A DNA stretch of 64,000 nucleotides from Pseudomonadota bacterium (GTDB lineage: Bacteria; Bdellovibrionota; Bdellovibrionia; Bdellovibrionales; Bdellovibrionaceae): assembly GCA_041178425.1 (NCBI GenBank), contig JBEGVH010000016.1, positions 96,001 to 160,000 on the forward strand. Direction: 5' to 3'. How positions within the stretch are numbered: position 1 is the first letter of the stretch; every line of letters begins with the position of its first letter. The position numbers and the translations under genes are program-made. The notes below the pieces were generated by a model, which worked only from the letters and a program-made list of their open reading frames with translations, did not search any database and was not told the DNA's origin. Below, piece after piece: positions 30,687 to 41,019 of the stretch.

Positions 30687-31160
30687 TTAGCCCAAACTTT
30701 GAATTTGTACGCCCAACCAAGCTGTGTGATGCAAAATGATTTGTAGAATGACGTTGCCCATGATGCCGGCAACGATGTCGTCTGCTACCACACCAAAACC
30801 TCCAGGAACTTTGCGATCGAAATAACTCACAGGAAAAGGCTTTAGAATATCAAAAAAACGAAAAAGTAAAAAACCCAACACGAATGATTGCCAGGTCAAT
30901 GGAAGCCAGGTCATCGTGATGAGCATTCCGACGCACTCATCAATAACAATCTCTTTAGAATCGTGGTGAGCTGATTGTCTCTCGTAATGCTCGGCGGCCA
31001 CGATGGCTAAAATGGCTAAACCTAAGCTGACCGCCATATACACCAGAGGCCCCATTTTCATAAGCACAAAACAAATGGGTAGCGTGGCCAAACTCCCCCA
31101 GGTTCCAGGGGCTTTGGGCGCCTTTCCGATTCCGAACATGGTCGCAATTTTTAAAAGCAT
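30687..31160 (-). CDS. pgpA: phosphatidylglycerophosphatase A
   Basis: APGTWGSL, IVIDE..GM, FRFFDILKPFP, GVVADDIVAG. Confidence 0.95.
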   Translation of the reverse strand: MLLKIATMFGIGKAPKAPGTWGSLATLPICFVLMKMGPLVYMAVSLGLAILAIVAAEHYERQSAHHDSKEIVIDECVGMLITMTWLPLTWQSFVLGFLLFRFFDILKPFPVSYFDRKVPGGFGVVADDIVAGIMGNVILQIILHHTAWLGVQIQSLG

Positions 31161-31268
31161 CTAAATCTCCCCCAACCCATTGAGCGTCAGCTCTATCTGT
31201 TTTAATTAGAATTGCCCCTCTTTTGCTTTTGCGTCTAGTTGTGATACAACGAGACGGAAGGATTTCTG

Positions 31269-31739
31269 ATGACAACCAAATCACCCGAACAGCTATTCCG
31301 TACTTGTTTGAATAAACTCTTCGATATCATTAGTCGACGAGATTACAGCATCAAAGAGTTACGCCAAAAACTCACCCAGAAAGACTTCGATAGCAACACC
31401 ATTGAAAAAGCCATCGCATGGGCCGATGAGCGTCGTTATATTCGTCCAGCCGAAGAATTGAGCCGTGCTCTCACAGATCAATTGCTTCGTCGAGGAAAAG
31501 GCCGCCGTTATATTCAACAGTACCTCAAGAAAAGGGGGCTTCCCTTTATTGATGAATTTGACAAAGAACTCGAGCTGAATAAAGCTCTTGAGTTTGCGAG
31601 ACAAAAAGCTCAAAAAAGTGCTAAGCTCGATCGTGCAGCACGCGAAAAAATTGGCAGACAATTATTAACTCGGGGATTCCCTCTCGACATAGTAAGGACA
31701 GTGATCTATGAAAAACTTAGAAACAATGAAGAGCTCTGA
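31269..31739 (+). CDS. recX: RecX regulatory protein
   Basis: ISRRDYSIKELRQKL, GKG..YI..YL..RG, L.TRGF. Confidence 0.88.
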   Translation: MTTKSPEQLFRTCLNKLFDIISRRDYSIKELRQKLTQKDFDSNTIEKAIAWADERRYIRPAEELSRALTDQLLRRGKGRRYIQQYLKKRGLPFIDEFDKELELNKALEFARQKAQKSAKLDRAAREKIGRQLLTRGFPLDIVRTVIYEKLRNNEEL

Positions 31740-34449
31740 GGTTAGAGCCAAGTATATTGACTATTTTAAAAAAAATAACCACACCGCAGTGGCTAGTTCT
31801 TCATTGATCCCTGAAAAAGATCCGACGCTCTTGTTTACTAATGCAGGCATGAACCAGTTTAAAAATCTGTTTCTTGGCCTCGAAAAAAGAGACTATGTCA
31901 GAGCAGTTTCTTCACAAAAATGTGTTCGGGCTGGGGGAAAGCATAACGACCTCGATAACGTAGGTTTCACTGCCCGTCACCATACATTCTTCGAGATGCT
32001 CGGCAACTTCTCATTTGGTGACTACTTCAAAAAAGAGGCCATCCACTACGCTTGGGAGCTCCTCACTAAAGAGCTGGGACTACCAAAAGATCGCCTTTAT
32101 GTAACCGTTTTTGAAAATGACGATGAGGCTGCCGAAATCTGGCATAAACAAGAGGGAATTCCAAAAGATCGAATTTTCCGTTTTGGCGAAAAAGATAACT
32201 TTTGGAGAATGGGAGAAACAGGCCCTTGTGGACCCTGCACAGAGATATTCTATGATCATGGGGAAAAAGCTGGTCCCGAAACCGATGCCTACAAAGGAAT
32301 TTTGAGCGGTGGGGACCGGTACGTTGAGATTTGGAACCTCGTCTTAATGCAGTATTTTGAAAAAGAACCAGGAAAAATGGAGCCCCTGCCAAAACCCTCA
32401 GTTGATACTGGTGCGGGTCTCGAACGTCTTTGCGCCGTCATGCAAGGAAAGATTAATAATTACGATACTGATTTGTTTACTCCATTGATTGATTCAGCTC
32501 TTCGTTTAGTTCCTCACGAAAGTGATTTGGCCGAACTAGTCCACCATCAGTACAAGGGAAAAGCCTCTGCGGAGTTAAATGAAAAACTTGCGGCCCTCCG
32601 TGTTTTAGCTGACCATACACGATCGGTTGGATTTCTTCTAACAGATGGCGCCGTTCCGAGTAATGAGGGCCGAGGCTATGTGCTTCGTAGAATTCTTCGC
32701 CGTGCACTTCGCTACCAAAGAAAACTATCTCCGACCGCCTCTTTTTTTCCCGTCATGATCGACGCTATGGTAAACGAAATGAGTTCGTTTTTCCCAGAAC
32801 TTCGAGAGAGAAAAGACTACGTTTTGAATGTCGTTCAAGACGAAGAAAGTCGTTTCACACAAACGCTAGATCAGGGCACTGAGCTTCTTAATGCCGAACT
32901 CAAAAAATTAAAATCTGCAGGGAAGAAAATTCTATCTGGTGACGTAGTTTTTAAACTTTATGACACCTACGGTTTTCCGGTCGACCTTACTCGCCTCATG
33001 GTAGAAGAACAAAAATTACAGGTCGACGAAATTGGTTTTGAGCACGAGATGCAATTAGCACGCGAAAAGGCCAAAGCCAGCTGGAAAGGCAAAGGAATGG
33101 CCACGGATGAAGCCCACCTCATTCAGTGGAGCAATACCATTGCAAGAGAATCTGGGAGCACAAAATTTGTTGGTTACGATAACCTCGAATGCAACAGTAA
33201 AATACTTGGCCTTTCGAACGGACACTCATCCGTGCCAGCCTTAAAAACTGGTGAACATGGAATTTTAATCACTTCTTCATCCTGTTTTTACGGCGAAGGC
33301 GGGGGCCAAGTCGGTGACAAAGGACGTGGAAATTCTGGAGCCACACAATTTCAGGTTCTTAACACAACAAAACAAAATGATATCTTTTTACATCACATTG
33401 AACTTATCAGTGGCGAACTAAAAGTAGGAACCGAAGTAGTTCTCAATGTTGAAGAAAGTGAACGTCGTCGAACCGCAGCGAACCATTCGGCCACACACCT
33501 GCTTCACGCCGCCCTTCGAAAAACTCTTGGAACTCATGTGACCCAGGCAGGATCACTCGTTGATGCTTCTCGCTTGCGATTTGACTTTACTCATCCAAAA
33601 GCACTTTCGAGTGACGAACTAAACAACATTGAAACACTCGTAAACGAAGAGATTGCTAAGGGATTAATCGTACAGTGTGCGGTTAAATCCCATGAAGCTG
33701 CAATCAAAGACGGAGCGATGGCTCTCTTTGGTGAAAAATATGGAGATGAGGTTCGTGTGATTAAGATGGGCGATTTTTCTCAAGAGCTCTGCGGCGGAAC
33801 CCATGTTTCCAATACGGCTCAAATTCGCCTTTTCAAGATTGTTTCTGAATCAGGCGTGAGCGCTGGAGTTCGCCGATTGGAAGCCCTCGCTGGTGATTGT
33901 GCATTTCAATATTTGATGAAGCACCATTCTCAAGCCCAGTCAGCCAGAGAAGCTATTGGTGCCCAAGAGTCATGGAGCCAAATTCTAGATTCAAATGCGT
34001 CTCCTGTTCTTCATTGGATCGAAGAGAAGAAATCGACCATCAAGGCTCTAGAAAAAGAAATCAAGGACCTTAAAAAAGGCCAGATTAATGTTGAGTCTAT
34101 TCTGTCATCAGCTAAACCTTTTAAAAAAGGAAATGCTGAAGGTCGATATGTTGTGGCAACTCTCGACGTCGACGACCGAGACCTTCTGGCTCAAATCACG
34201 GACCAATTAAAAAATCGTATTGAAAGCGGAGTAATCGTTACCGTCGGCTTAGGTACAGAGTCTCACCCAGTCATAGTGGCAGCGACAAAAAATTTAAATC
34301 CTGACATAAATGCGGGGCAAATTTTAAAAGACTTAAGCCAACAGTTGGGCGGAAAAGGTGGCGGACGTCCCGATTTTGCTCAAGGGGCTATCGTTAAACG
34401 TGATGCCGTTGACATGGTCTTGTCTTCTTATTTTGTTAATAGAACCTAA
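31708..34449 (+). CDS. alaS: alanine--tRNA ligase
   Basis: LLFTNAGMNQFK, RHHTFFEMLGNFSFGDYFK, NHSATHLL, ELCGGTH, GGGRPDFAQG. Confidence 0.99.
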   Translation: MKNLETMKSSEVRAKYIDYFKKNNHTAVASSSLIPEKDPTLLFTNAGMNQFKNLFLGLEKRDYVRAVSSQKCVRAGGKHNDLDNVGFTARHHTFFEMLGNFSFGDYFKKEAIHYAWELLTKELGLPKDRLYVTVFENDDEAAEIWHKQEGIPKDRIFRFGEKDNFWRMGETGPCGPCTEIFYDHGEKAGPETDAYKGILSGGDRYVEIWNLVLMQYFEKEPGKMEPLPKPSVDTGAGLERLCAVMQGKINNYDTDLFTPLIDSALRLVPHESDLAELVHHQYKGKASAELNEKLAALRVLADHTRSVGFLLTDGAVPSNEGRGYVLRRILRRALRYQRKLSPTASFFPVMIDAMVNEMSSFFPELRERKDYVLNVVQDEESRFTQTLDQGTELLNAELKKLKSAGKKILSGDVVFKLYDTYGFPVDLTRLMVEEQKLQVDEIGFEHEMQLAREKAKASWKGKGMATDEAHLIQWSNTIARESGSTKFVGYDNLECNSKILGLSNGHSSVPALKTGEHGILITSSSCFYGEGGGQVGDKGRGNSGATQFQVLNTTKQNDIFLHHIELISGELKVGTEVVLNVEESERRRTAANHSATHLLHAALRKTLGTHVTQAGSLVDASRLRFDFTHPKALSSDELNNIETLVNEEIAKGLIVQCAVKSHEAAIKDGAMALFGEKYGDEVRVIKMGDFSQELCGGTHVSNTAQIRLFKIVSESGVSAGVRRLEALAGDCAFQYLMKHHSQAQSAREAIGAQESWSQILDSNASPVLHWIEEKKSTIKALEKEIKDLKKGQINVESILSSAKPFKKGNAEGRYVVATLDVDDRDLLAQITDQLKNRIESGVIVTVGLGTESHPVIVAATKNLNPDINAGQILKDLSQQLGGKGGGRPDFAQGAIVKRDAVDMVLSSYFVNRT

Positions 34450-34512
34450 CTTGCCAGTGACTGCCTCAAAACGATAGCTAGTGATTTCAAAGAAGCTACA
34501 AAGGAGGCAGTC

Positions 34513-34965
34513 ATGGCAAACTTAGAATTATGGCGAAATAACTGGGGACCATTCAGAGAGCTAATGTCCCTGAGCAAATCAATTGACCGAATGATGGAGG
34601 ACTGGCCAATGGCAAAAACCGACATCGACAAGTATAACTTCAACCCAAGTTGCGAGGTAAGAGAGGATAACAAAGCCTATGTGCTAAAGGTCGACCTTCC
34701 CGGAGTTCCTAAGGAGAATATCAAAATCGACCTTAACGAAAATCGACTCACTCTTCGAGGTGACAGAAAAGAGGAGAAAAAATCTGAAGAAAAAGAAACC
34801 CAAACTCACTTTTCCGAAATGTTTTACGGGGCATTCACTCGTACTATGACTTTTCCCGCCCCCATTGACGCAGAAAAAACCGAGGCCCACTACGAAAATG
34901 GAGTCCTCACTTTGAAATTACCAAAAAAAGCGGCTCAAAATATTCGCCAAATTACAATTAACTAG
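34513..34965 (+). CDS. Hsp20/alpha-crystallin small heat-shock protein
   Basis: DLPGV.KE.I, YGAFTR, A.YENGVLTLKLPK; AAGGAGG RBS. Confidence 0.93.
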   Translation: MANLELWRNNWGPFRELMSLSKSIDRMMEDWPMAKTDIDKYNFNPSCEVREDNKAYVLKVDLPGVPKENIKIDLNENRLTLRGDRKEEKKSEEKETQTHFSEMFYGAFTRTMTFPAPIDAEKTEAHYENGVLTLKLPKKAAQNIRQITIN

Positions 34966-34987
34966 TATTGAGTTTAGAACATAACTC

Positions 34988-35021
34988 ACAAAGGGATTCT
35001 CAATGAGATCCCTTTGTTTTT
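34988..35021 (+). terminator. intrinsic terminator after hsp20
   Basis: ACAAAGGGAT...ATCCCTTTGT followed by TTTT. Confidence 0.8.
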
Positions 35022-35072
35022 CGCAAGTCCAAGATTGACAGAAATCTATCGCCTCACTTAGCTTTAACGACG

Positions 35073-36293
35073 ATGAAGAAACAAATCGTTGTTAAAAAAT
35101 ATGGTGGAACTTCGGTAGGAACAATCGAGCGTATTGAAAATGTCGCTGCTCGAATCGCAAAAGAATATCAATCTGGCCAGCTACCTATTGTGGTTGTATC
35201 TGCAATGAGTGGCGAAACAAATCGATTAGTTGCCCTGGCACAACAAATTGATCCGCTCTATCGAGGCCCCGCTTATGATTTGTTGTTGGCATCGGGAGAA
35301 CAGGTTTCTGTGGGTTTGGTTGCCATGGCACTTGAGAAAAGGGGACTCAAAGCCCAACCCCTTCTGGCCTTTCAATTAGGAATTGAAACTGACTCCGTTT
35401 ATTCGAAAGCTCGAATTAAAAATATTCGCACTCAAGAACTTCAACGATGTTTAAACGAGGGAATCATTCCCGTTGTCGCTGGTTTTCAAGGAGTTGACGA
35501 AAACCTCAATGTCACTACGCTGGGCCGAGGAGGATCTGACACCACAGCTGTGGCCTTAGCCGCTGCTATTAATGCAGATTCTTGTGAAATCTACACTGAC
35601 GTACCTGCGGTTTTCAGTGCAGACCCTCGCCTAGTGCCTAAAGCCCGAGAGATTGGTAAACTCTCTTTTGATGAAATGATGGAAATGGCCTCATTAGGCT
35701 CAAAGGTCTTGCATATCAGAAGTGTAGAAATTGGTGCTAAATATAATGTTCGCATTCATTTGCGCTCGACCTTTGAAGAGCGCGAAGGAACCTGGATCGT
35801 ACCCGAAGGAGAAATAATGGAACAAGCTGTCGTTTCGAGCGTTACTCATGACCCCAATACTATCGTATTCAAACTTTTTCCTGTTCCTCCTGAAACGTCC
35901 TTCCTATCTCAACTTTTTACCCGTCTAGCTGAAAAAGGAGTTGTGGTAGATATTATTACTCAAAGCCAAAGCGAAGCTGGACAAAGGCTTGCTTTTTCTG
36001 TGACCCAAGAAGACTTTCCACTTGCCGAGACGGTCCTGCGGGAACTCCTCCCTGAAAATAAAGTAAATAAAGAAATCATGCCAAAAATGGCCAAAGTTTC
36101 CGTCGTTGGTGTAGGCATGCGTAATCACCCTGGCGTAGCTGCCCGTTTTTTCTCAGTCTTAGCAAAAGAAAATGTTCAAATACATCTTGTAACGACATCT
36201 GAAATTAAAATTTCTGCCGTTATTGATGAGGCAAATTTGAAAATTGCAGCTCAGGCCCTTCATCAGGCTTTCGAACTAGACAATTCAAATTAA
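35073..36293 (+). CDS. lysC: aspartate kinase
   Basis: KYGGTSV, VVVSAM, TLGRGGSDTTA, IYTDV, ADPR, two ACT domains; TTGACA promoter just upstream. Confidence 0.95.
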   Translation: MKKQIVVKKYGGTSVGTIERIENVAARIAKEYQSGQLPIVVVSAMSGETNRLVALAQQIDPLYRGPAYDLLLASGEQVSVGLVAMALEKRGLKAQPLLAFQLGIETDSVYSKARIKNIRTQELQRCLNEGIIPVVAGFQGVDENLNVTTLGRGGSDTTAVALAAAINADSCEIYTDVPAVFSADPRLVPKAREIGKLSFDEMMEMASLGSKVLHIRSVEIGAKYNVRIHLRSTFEEREGTWIVPEGEIMEQAVVSSVTHDPNTIVFKLFPVPPETSFLSQLFTRLAEKGVVVDIITQSQSEAGQRLAFSVTQEDFPLAETVLRELLPENKVNKEIMPKMAKVSVVGVGMRNHPGVAARFFSVLAKENVQIHLVTTSEIKISAVIDEANLKIAAQALHQAFELDNSN

Positions 36294-36433
36294 GTCAGTG
36301 GGTAAATCATTAGATTAGAGATTTAATTCTGGTCTTTTTGCCGTCCTGATCAGAGCGCAACTGAATCCTCCAGAAGACCAGTTCGCGCTCTAACCTATTG
36401 AGTCGACAATACAAAACTCATTATACTGAGAAT

Positions 36434-37888
36434 ATGAATACACCTATTTCTCTTTTCAGTTGTGTTACTCTTCTTTTTTGTTTTCTATTTTTTTCGCCAC
36501 TTGAAGCCTCCGCAAAATCTAAAACATTAGTTCGAGCGTGGATGTCGACTCTTGATGGTAAAAAGAAAATGACTTCGGTTAAAGACGACATCAAGACGCT
36601 CGATAATTGCTCCGCCAAGAATTCAGAAACAACAGAAGTTGTCATTGATGATTCAGTCACCTACCAAGCTATTACTGGATTCGGTGCTGCGCTAACAGAA
36701 TCATCCGCTTATCTATTAAAAAAGGTCAATAAAGCTGTTAGAAAAAAAATCATTGCCCTTACTTACGGTCAAAAAGGTGATGGGCGCTTTAATATGGTTC
36801 GCATTCCTATTGGTGCCACTGATTTTGCAATGAGCAACTACTCGTGTGCGGATGAAATACCTGATAGCGGAATTCCAACTTCAAAAAAATTATTCAACTT
36901 TGAAAAATGTATGGGAACCATTCTTCCGGTGTTAAAAGAAATCAAGGCGGCCAATCCTGATCTTCTCATTGTAGCCAGTCCGTGGAGCCCTCCCGCATGG
37001 ATGAAATCGAGTAAAAGTTTATTTGGCGGAAAACTTTTACCCGACTTTTACCAGGAATATGCTGAGTACCTGAGTCTTTTTTTAGAGAAGATGGCGCAAG
37101 AAAATGTGCCAGTTGATTATTTAACCGTGATTAATGAACCACTATTTACATCGGATAGCTCGACGAATTATCCCTGGACTCAAATGGAAGCGAGTGAGCA
37201 GGCACGATTTATTTCGGACTACTTGGCGCCTCACTTGAAAAACAAAAATCAGTTCGACAAGGTCATGATCCTCAGCTACGACCACAACTGGGATAATTTA
37301 AACTTTCCCACCGAGGTATTAAAAAACCCTCGATCAGCTCCCTTCGTGGCAGGTACTGCTTTTCACTGCTATAAAGGTCACTTCTCTGCAGCAGAAAAAA
37401 TGAAAGCTATTTTTCCCGACAAAGAAATTCATCTCACCGAATGTAGCAGTGGCAACTGGTCACCTAAGTTCGATGGCTCTTTTGAATGGGCCTTGAAGAA
37501 TCTCCTCTTTGGTCAAGTGGCTGCCGGCGCCCAGAGTTTGATTTATTGGAATCTTGTTTTGGATGCAGAAAATGGGCCTCAGAATGGCGGATGCAAAGAC
37601 TGCAGAGGCATTCTCAATCTTAATAAGGAGCTTGATGAATTTAAGCGAAGCCCCGAATTTTACCTGCTCCATCAGGCAAGCTCAGTTATATACCCAAATT
37701 CACTTCGGATCAAATCGACCGCTGAAAAAATTGAACACCACTTAGCTTTTAAGAATCCGGATCTTTCACTCTCTTGGATCGGTATGAACACTCAAGACAA
37801 AGAAATAAAGGTCCTGCTGAAATCAAAACAAGGTTGTCTATCGACAAAGATGAAGCCCAAGAGTGTTTTGTCGATTAATTGGCCCTAA
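36434..37888 (+). CDS. secreted glycoside hydrolase family 30
   Basis: Q.I.GFGAALTE, RIPIGATDF, SPWSPPAWMK, NEP (acid/base), DHNW, FHCY, LTEC (nucleophile), WNL.LD. Confidence 0.9.
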   Translation: MNTPISLFSCVTLLFCFLFFSPLEASAKSKTLVRAWMSTLDGKKKMTSVKDDIKTLDNCSAKNSETTEVVIDDSVTYQAITGFGAALTESSAYLLKKVNKAVRKKIIALTYGQKGDGRFNMVRIPIGATDFAMSNYSCADEIPDSGIPTSKKLFNFEKCMGTILPVLKEIKAANPDLLIVASPWSPPAWMKSSKSLFGGKLLPDFYQEYAEYLSLFLEKMAQENVPVDYLTVINEPLFTSDSSTNYPWTQMEASEQARFISDYLAPHLKNKNQFDKVMILSYDHNWDNLNFPTEVLKNPRSAPFVAGTAFHCYKGHFSAAEKMKAIFPDKEIHLTECSSGNWSPKFDGSFEWALKNLLFGQVAAGAQSLIYWNLVLDAENGPQNGGCKDCRGILNLNKELDEFKRSPEFYLLHQASSVIYPNSLRIKSTAEKIEHHLAFKNPDLSLSWIGMNTQDKEIKVLLKSKQGCLSTKMKPKSVLSINWP

Positions 37889-37926
37889 GTGAGATCTCCC
37901 ACCCCCCACAAAGGGACCAAGACTAC

Positions 37927-39156
37927 ATGACTAGGTCAATTCCTCCACTTAAAATTACCTTTTCCCAACATGAAAAACTTCTAATGGTTATTCTGGGCGC
38001 TATCAATTTTTCACACATCGTTGATTTTATGGTTATGATGCCCCTCGGACCACAACTCATGAGACTTTTCTCCATTAGTCCCCATGAGTTTGGATTACTC
38101 GTTTCTAGCTATACCTTTATGGCTGCTATCAGTAGCTTTGTGTCTTCCCTCTTTATCGATAAATTCGATCGAAAAACTGCGCTCCTATTTTTCTATCTGG
38201 GCTTTGCAATCTCAACCATTGCTTGCGCAGTCTCAACGAACTATTCTTTTCTCCTTCTCTCTCGAGCCTTTTGCGGGGCCTTTGGAGGCGTTCTAAGTTC
38301 GCTAGTATTCGCGATTTTAGGTGATACAATTAATCCTGAACGGAGAGCCTCCGCCATGGGGCTTGTCATGATCTCTTTTTCCGTAGCTTCAGTTTTCGGA
38401 ATTCCCTTTAGCTTAACTCTGGCCAATAAATACGATTGGCACAGTCCTTTTATGTTTCTTGGAATCATCTCTGCCTTTATTTCGGTGTTTATTGCATTAC
38501 GATTTCCATCAATGAAGAATCACTTAAAAGGACCAGGGGGAATTCATGAGCCTTTTGCGACAGTTAAACATGTGCTCTCAAATCCCTCTCAACTTTTTGC
38601 GCTTGCGTTTATCTTCGCCGTAGTCTTTGGGCAATTCAGCATGATTCCCTTTATGAGCCCTTCTTTTGTTGCCAACGGAGGTCTCCAGGAGACGGATTTA
38701 CCTTTAATTTATCTTCTAGGAGGAATTATTTCGATGGTAAGCTCGCCACTGTTTGGTCGGCTAGCCGATTCTTTTGGTAAAGCTCTCATTTACAGAATTA
38801 GCGCATTAGTTTCAATCATTCCAATTTTTTTAATAACGAATCTTTCAATTTCTCCTCGTTGGGTCATTCTCACCATTTCTTCTTCGTTTTTCTTTGTTAT
38901 GGGAGGAAGAATGGTTCCAGCGTCAGCCATCATGACAACCGCCGCAACCCCCCGATACCGGGCAAGTTTTATGAGCATGAGCTCCAGTGTTCAACAACTG
39001 GGCTCCTCTCTTGCGAGCTATATTGCTGGCCTAATCGTTATTAAGAACACACAAGGACAACTTGAAAATTACTCAACCGTTGGCTTTATTACAATCGCAC
39101 TCACCCTTCTTTCGATCTTTCTTGTTGGTAAAATAAAGTCGCAAGAACATCATTAA
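37927..39156 (+). CDS. MFS transporter
   Basis: About 12 TMs, DKFDRK motif A, GRLADSFGK. Confidence 0.92.
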   Translation: MTRSIPPLKITFSQHEKLLMVILGAINFSHIVDFMVMMPLGPQLMRLFSISPHEFGLLVSSYTFMAAISSFVSSLFIDKFDRKTALLFFYLGFAISTIACAVSTNYSFLLLSRAFCGAFGGVLSSLVFAILGDTINPERRASAMGLVMISFSVASVFGIPFSLTLANKYDWHSPFMFLGIISAFISVFIALRFPSMKNHLKGPGGIHEPFATVKHVLSNPSQLFALAFIFAVVFGQFSMIPFMSPSFVANGGLQETDLPLIYLLGGIISMVSSPLFGRLADSFGKALIYRISALVSIIPIFLITNLSISPRWVILTISSSFFFVMGGRMVPASAIMTTAATPRYRASFMSMSSSVQQLGSSLASYIAGLIVIKNTQGQLENYSTVGFITIALTLLSIFLVGKIKSQEHH

Positions 39157-39267
39157 ACTAACTTAATTTTGATTCTTTCGTGATCCAGTTATCACAGCAA
39201 AATTATTTGCCTACCTGTTCGGCCTATCATATGAAAGCGATGAAGTTGGCCAAACAAAGGGGGATTT

Positions 39268-39801
39268 ATGAATTTCTTAAAAAATATTTTCGCAGTCATT
39301 TTAAGTGCAATGATATTCTCAGCGGCGAAGGCCGCTACAGTTGAAGTCTACGGTAAGAAATATTTTAACAACTGTTCTTACTTCTCTTCTATTAACTCTG
39401 AAATGGTCTTCATTTACAATAATCCAGAAATAGAAACACCAGGCGTTCGAGTCTTTGTTCACTATGGTATGAATGGCCACTTTGCGAACTCCGGAGAAAA
39501 ATTGGAATGGCAGAACATCAATGACCAAGAGATGACGGCGCTTGGAAATTCACTTTGGAATTTGAAGCTAGAGCTCATTCTCCACAATCGCGCGGAGAGA
39601 GTGTATTATGATGGGGTTTCATTTGTTTTTATGATTGTTTACCCCGATGGGTCGGTAACCTTCGACAACAGTGGTTACGGCACTATGAGCTACTACAAAG
39701 TCACATGGCCAGAAGCTGGAATCGGATGTAACTCTCCTTCGGAATCATCGGCAATACCCATGATTCCAATGGAAGTTAGAAAAGTTGAGAAGGATTTATA
39801 A
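39268..39801 (+). CDS. secreted protein, possible starch/glycan-binding module (CBM25/53-like)
   Basis: Signal peptide; VFVHYG...W....EM......W...FVF......DN.G...Y pattern. Confidence 0.5.
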   Translation: MNFLKNIFAVILSAMIFSAAKAATVEVYGKKYFNNCSYFSSINSEMVFIYNNPEIETPGVRVFVHYGMNGHFANSGEKLEWQNINDQEMTALGNSLWNLKLELILHNRAERVYYDGVSFVFMIVYPDGSVTFDNSGYGTMSYYKVTWPEAGIGCNSPSESSAIPMIPMEVRKVEKDL

Positions 39802-40929
39802 TTACTTAATAGAATATTTCAGAAATCGACACTCGAGAGAGCCATTGTAAACAAAATGCTTTCTCGAGGCTTTCAATTTTAAATCACCAATAAGATCTTT
39901 ATTACCAGACAGTACGAATACATCCCAACCAGCAAACCGATTCTTCAAGGTATAACCTAAGTCTCTATAAACATCGCGCAAATTATCCTCATCACCTAAA
40001 CGAGCACCATAAGGAGGATTAATAATGACGATGCCTTTTTCACACGGGGGAGTCACAGTGGCAACCCCTTCAGATCGAAACTCAATTAGGTGATCAACTC
40101 CCGCACGACGAGCATTCGCTTTTGCTTTTTGCAAAACTTTGCGATCAACATCGTAGCCATAAAACTTAAAAGGAAGCTCTTCTACCTCTTCATCAATCGC
40201 TTCCTCTAGAACTGCCTTCCAGGCCTTTTCATTAAATCCTTTAAATCTTTGAAAGCCAAATTCACGACGGTGAATTCCTGGAGACATATTCATTGCCATC
40301 ATTGCTGCTTCAATAAGAATCGTTCCTGAACCACAGGTTAAATCCACTATTGGAATATCCTTTTTCCACTCGGTCATCATAATCAGTGCTGCCGCAAGAT
40401 TCTCCTTCAAAGGTGCTTCACCAGCTTCCATGCGGTAACCCCGCATAAAAAGGCTTTCTCCAGATGTGTCAACGGCTATGGAGTAATTGTTTTTATACCC
40501 TTTAACGTAAAATCGAATATCCGGATTGTCTTTACTCACATCAGGACGCTCACCAAATTTTTCTCTTAGCTGATCCACGATGGCATCTTTTACTTTCATC
40601 GCAACAAAACGCTGGTCGTGAATTTTGCTCTCTTTCACCGAAGCATCAATCATGAACGTTTGATCAGGAGTTAAATAACGAGAGAAATCCTGAAGCTTTT
40701 TTATTTGCCCATAAAGCTCTTCTCCATCATAGGCGGTAAACTCGATGAGAGGTTTTAGAATCCGACTTGCAACTCTTGAACGAAGGTTTAAACGATAGAC
40801 GTCTTCCCAATTACCATCAAAAAAAGCTCCTGCAGAAGTTTTTCGAGGCATAGGAATACCCAATTGAGTCATTTCTTCTGCGAGAACATCACTGAGACCT
40901 TTGGCGGTAGATACAAAAAACTGTGGCAT
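39802..40929 (-). CDS. THUMP-domain RNA methyltransferase (RlmL-like)
   Basis: THUMP, RGYR..EAPLKENLAA, DLTCGSGTILIEAA, NPPYG. Confidence 0.9.
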   Translation of the reverse strand: MPQFFVSTAKGLSDVLAEEMTQLGIPMPRKTSAGAFFDGNWEDVYRLNLRSRVASRILKPLIEFTAYDGEELYGQIKKLQDFSRYLTPDQTFMIDASVKESKIHDQRFVAMKVKDAIVDQLREKFGERPDVSKDNPDIRFYVKGYKNNYSIAVDTSGESLFMRGYRMEAGEAPLKENLAAALIMMTEWKKDIPIVDLTCGSGTILIEAAMMAMNMSPGIHRREFGFQRFKGFNEKAWKAVLEEAIDEEVEELPFKFYGYDVDRKVLQKAKANARRAGVDHLIEFRSEGVATVTPPCEKGIVIINPPYGARLGDEDNLRDVYRDLGYTLKNRFAGWDVFVLSGNKDLIGDLKLKASRKHFVYNGSLECRFLKYSIK

Positions 40930-40982
40930 AACATTCCTTACGGTGGGTAATCCCACTCAGATTGAATCTCACAGCAGAGAAG

Positions 40983-41011
40983 AAAAGAGGGATCACTCGA
41001 GAACCCTCTTT
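40983..41011 (-). terminator. probable terminator hairpin downstream of ETF-QO
   Basis: AAAGAGGG...CCCTCTTT inverted repeat with a T-run on the minus strand. Confidence 0.6.
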
Positions 41012-41019
41012 GACCTCAC

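Noticed and set aside
34450..34512. CIRCE or sigma32 element upstream of hsp20
   Set aside because: No TTAGCACTC-N9-GAGTGCTAA and no convincing CCCCAT; TTAGC...GCTAA near 2513 has the wrong spacing
35021..35072. Lysine riboswitch upstream of lysC
   Set aside because: Only about 50 bp, occupied by a TTGACA promoter; too short
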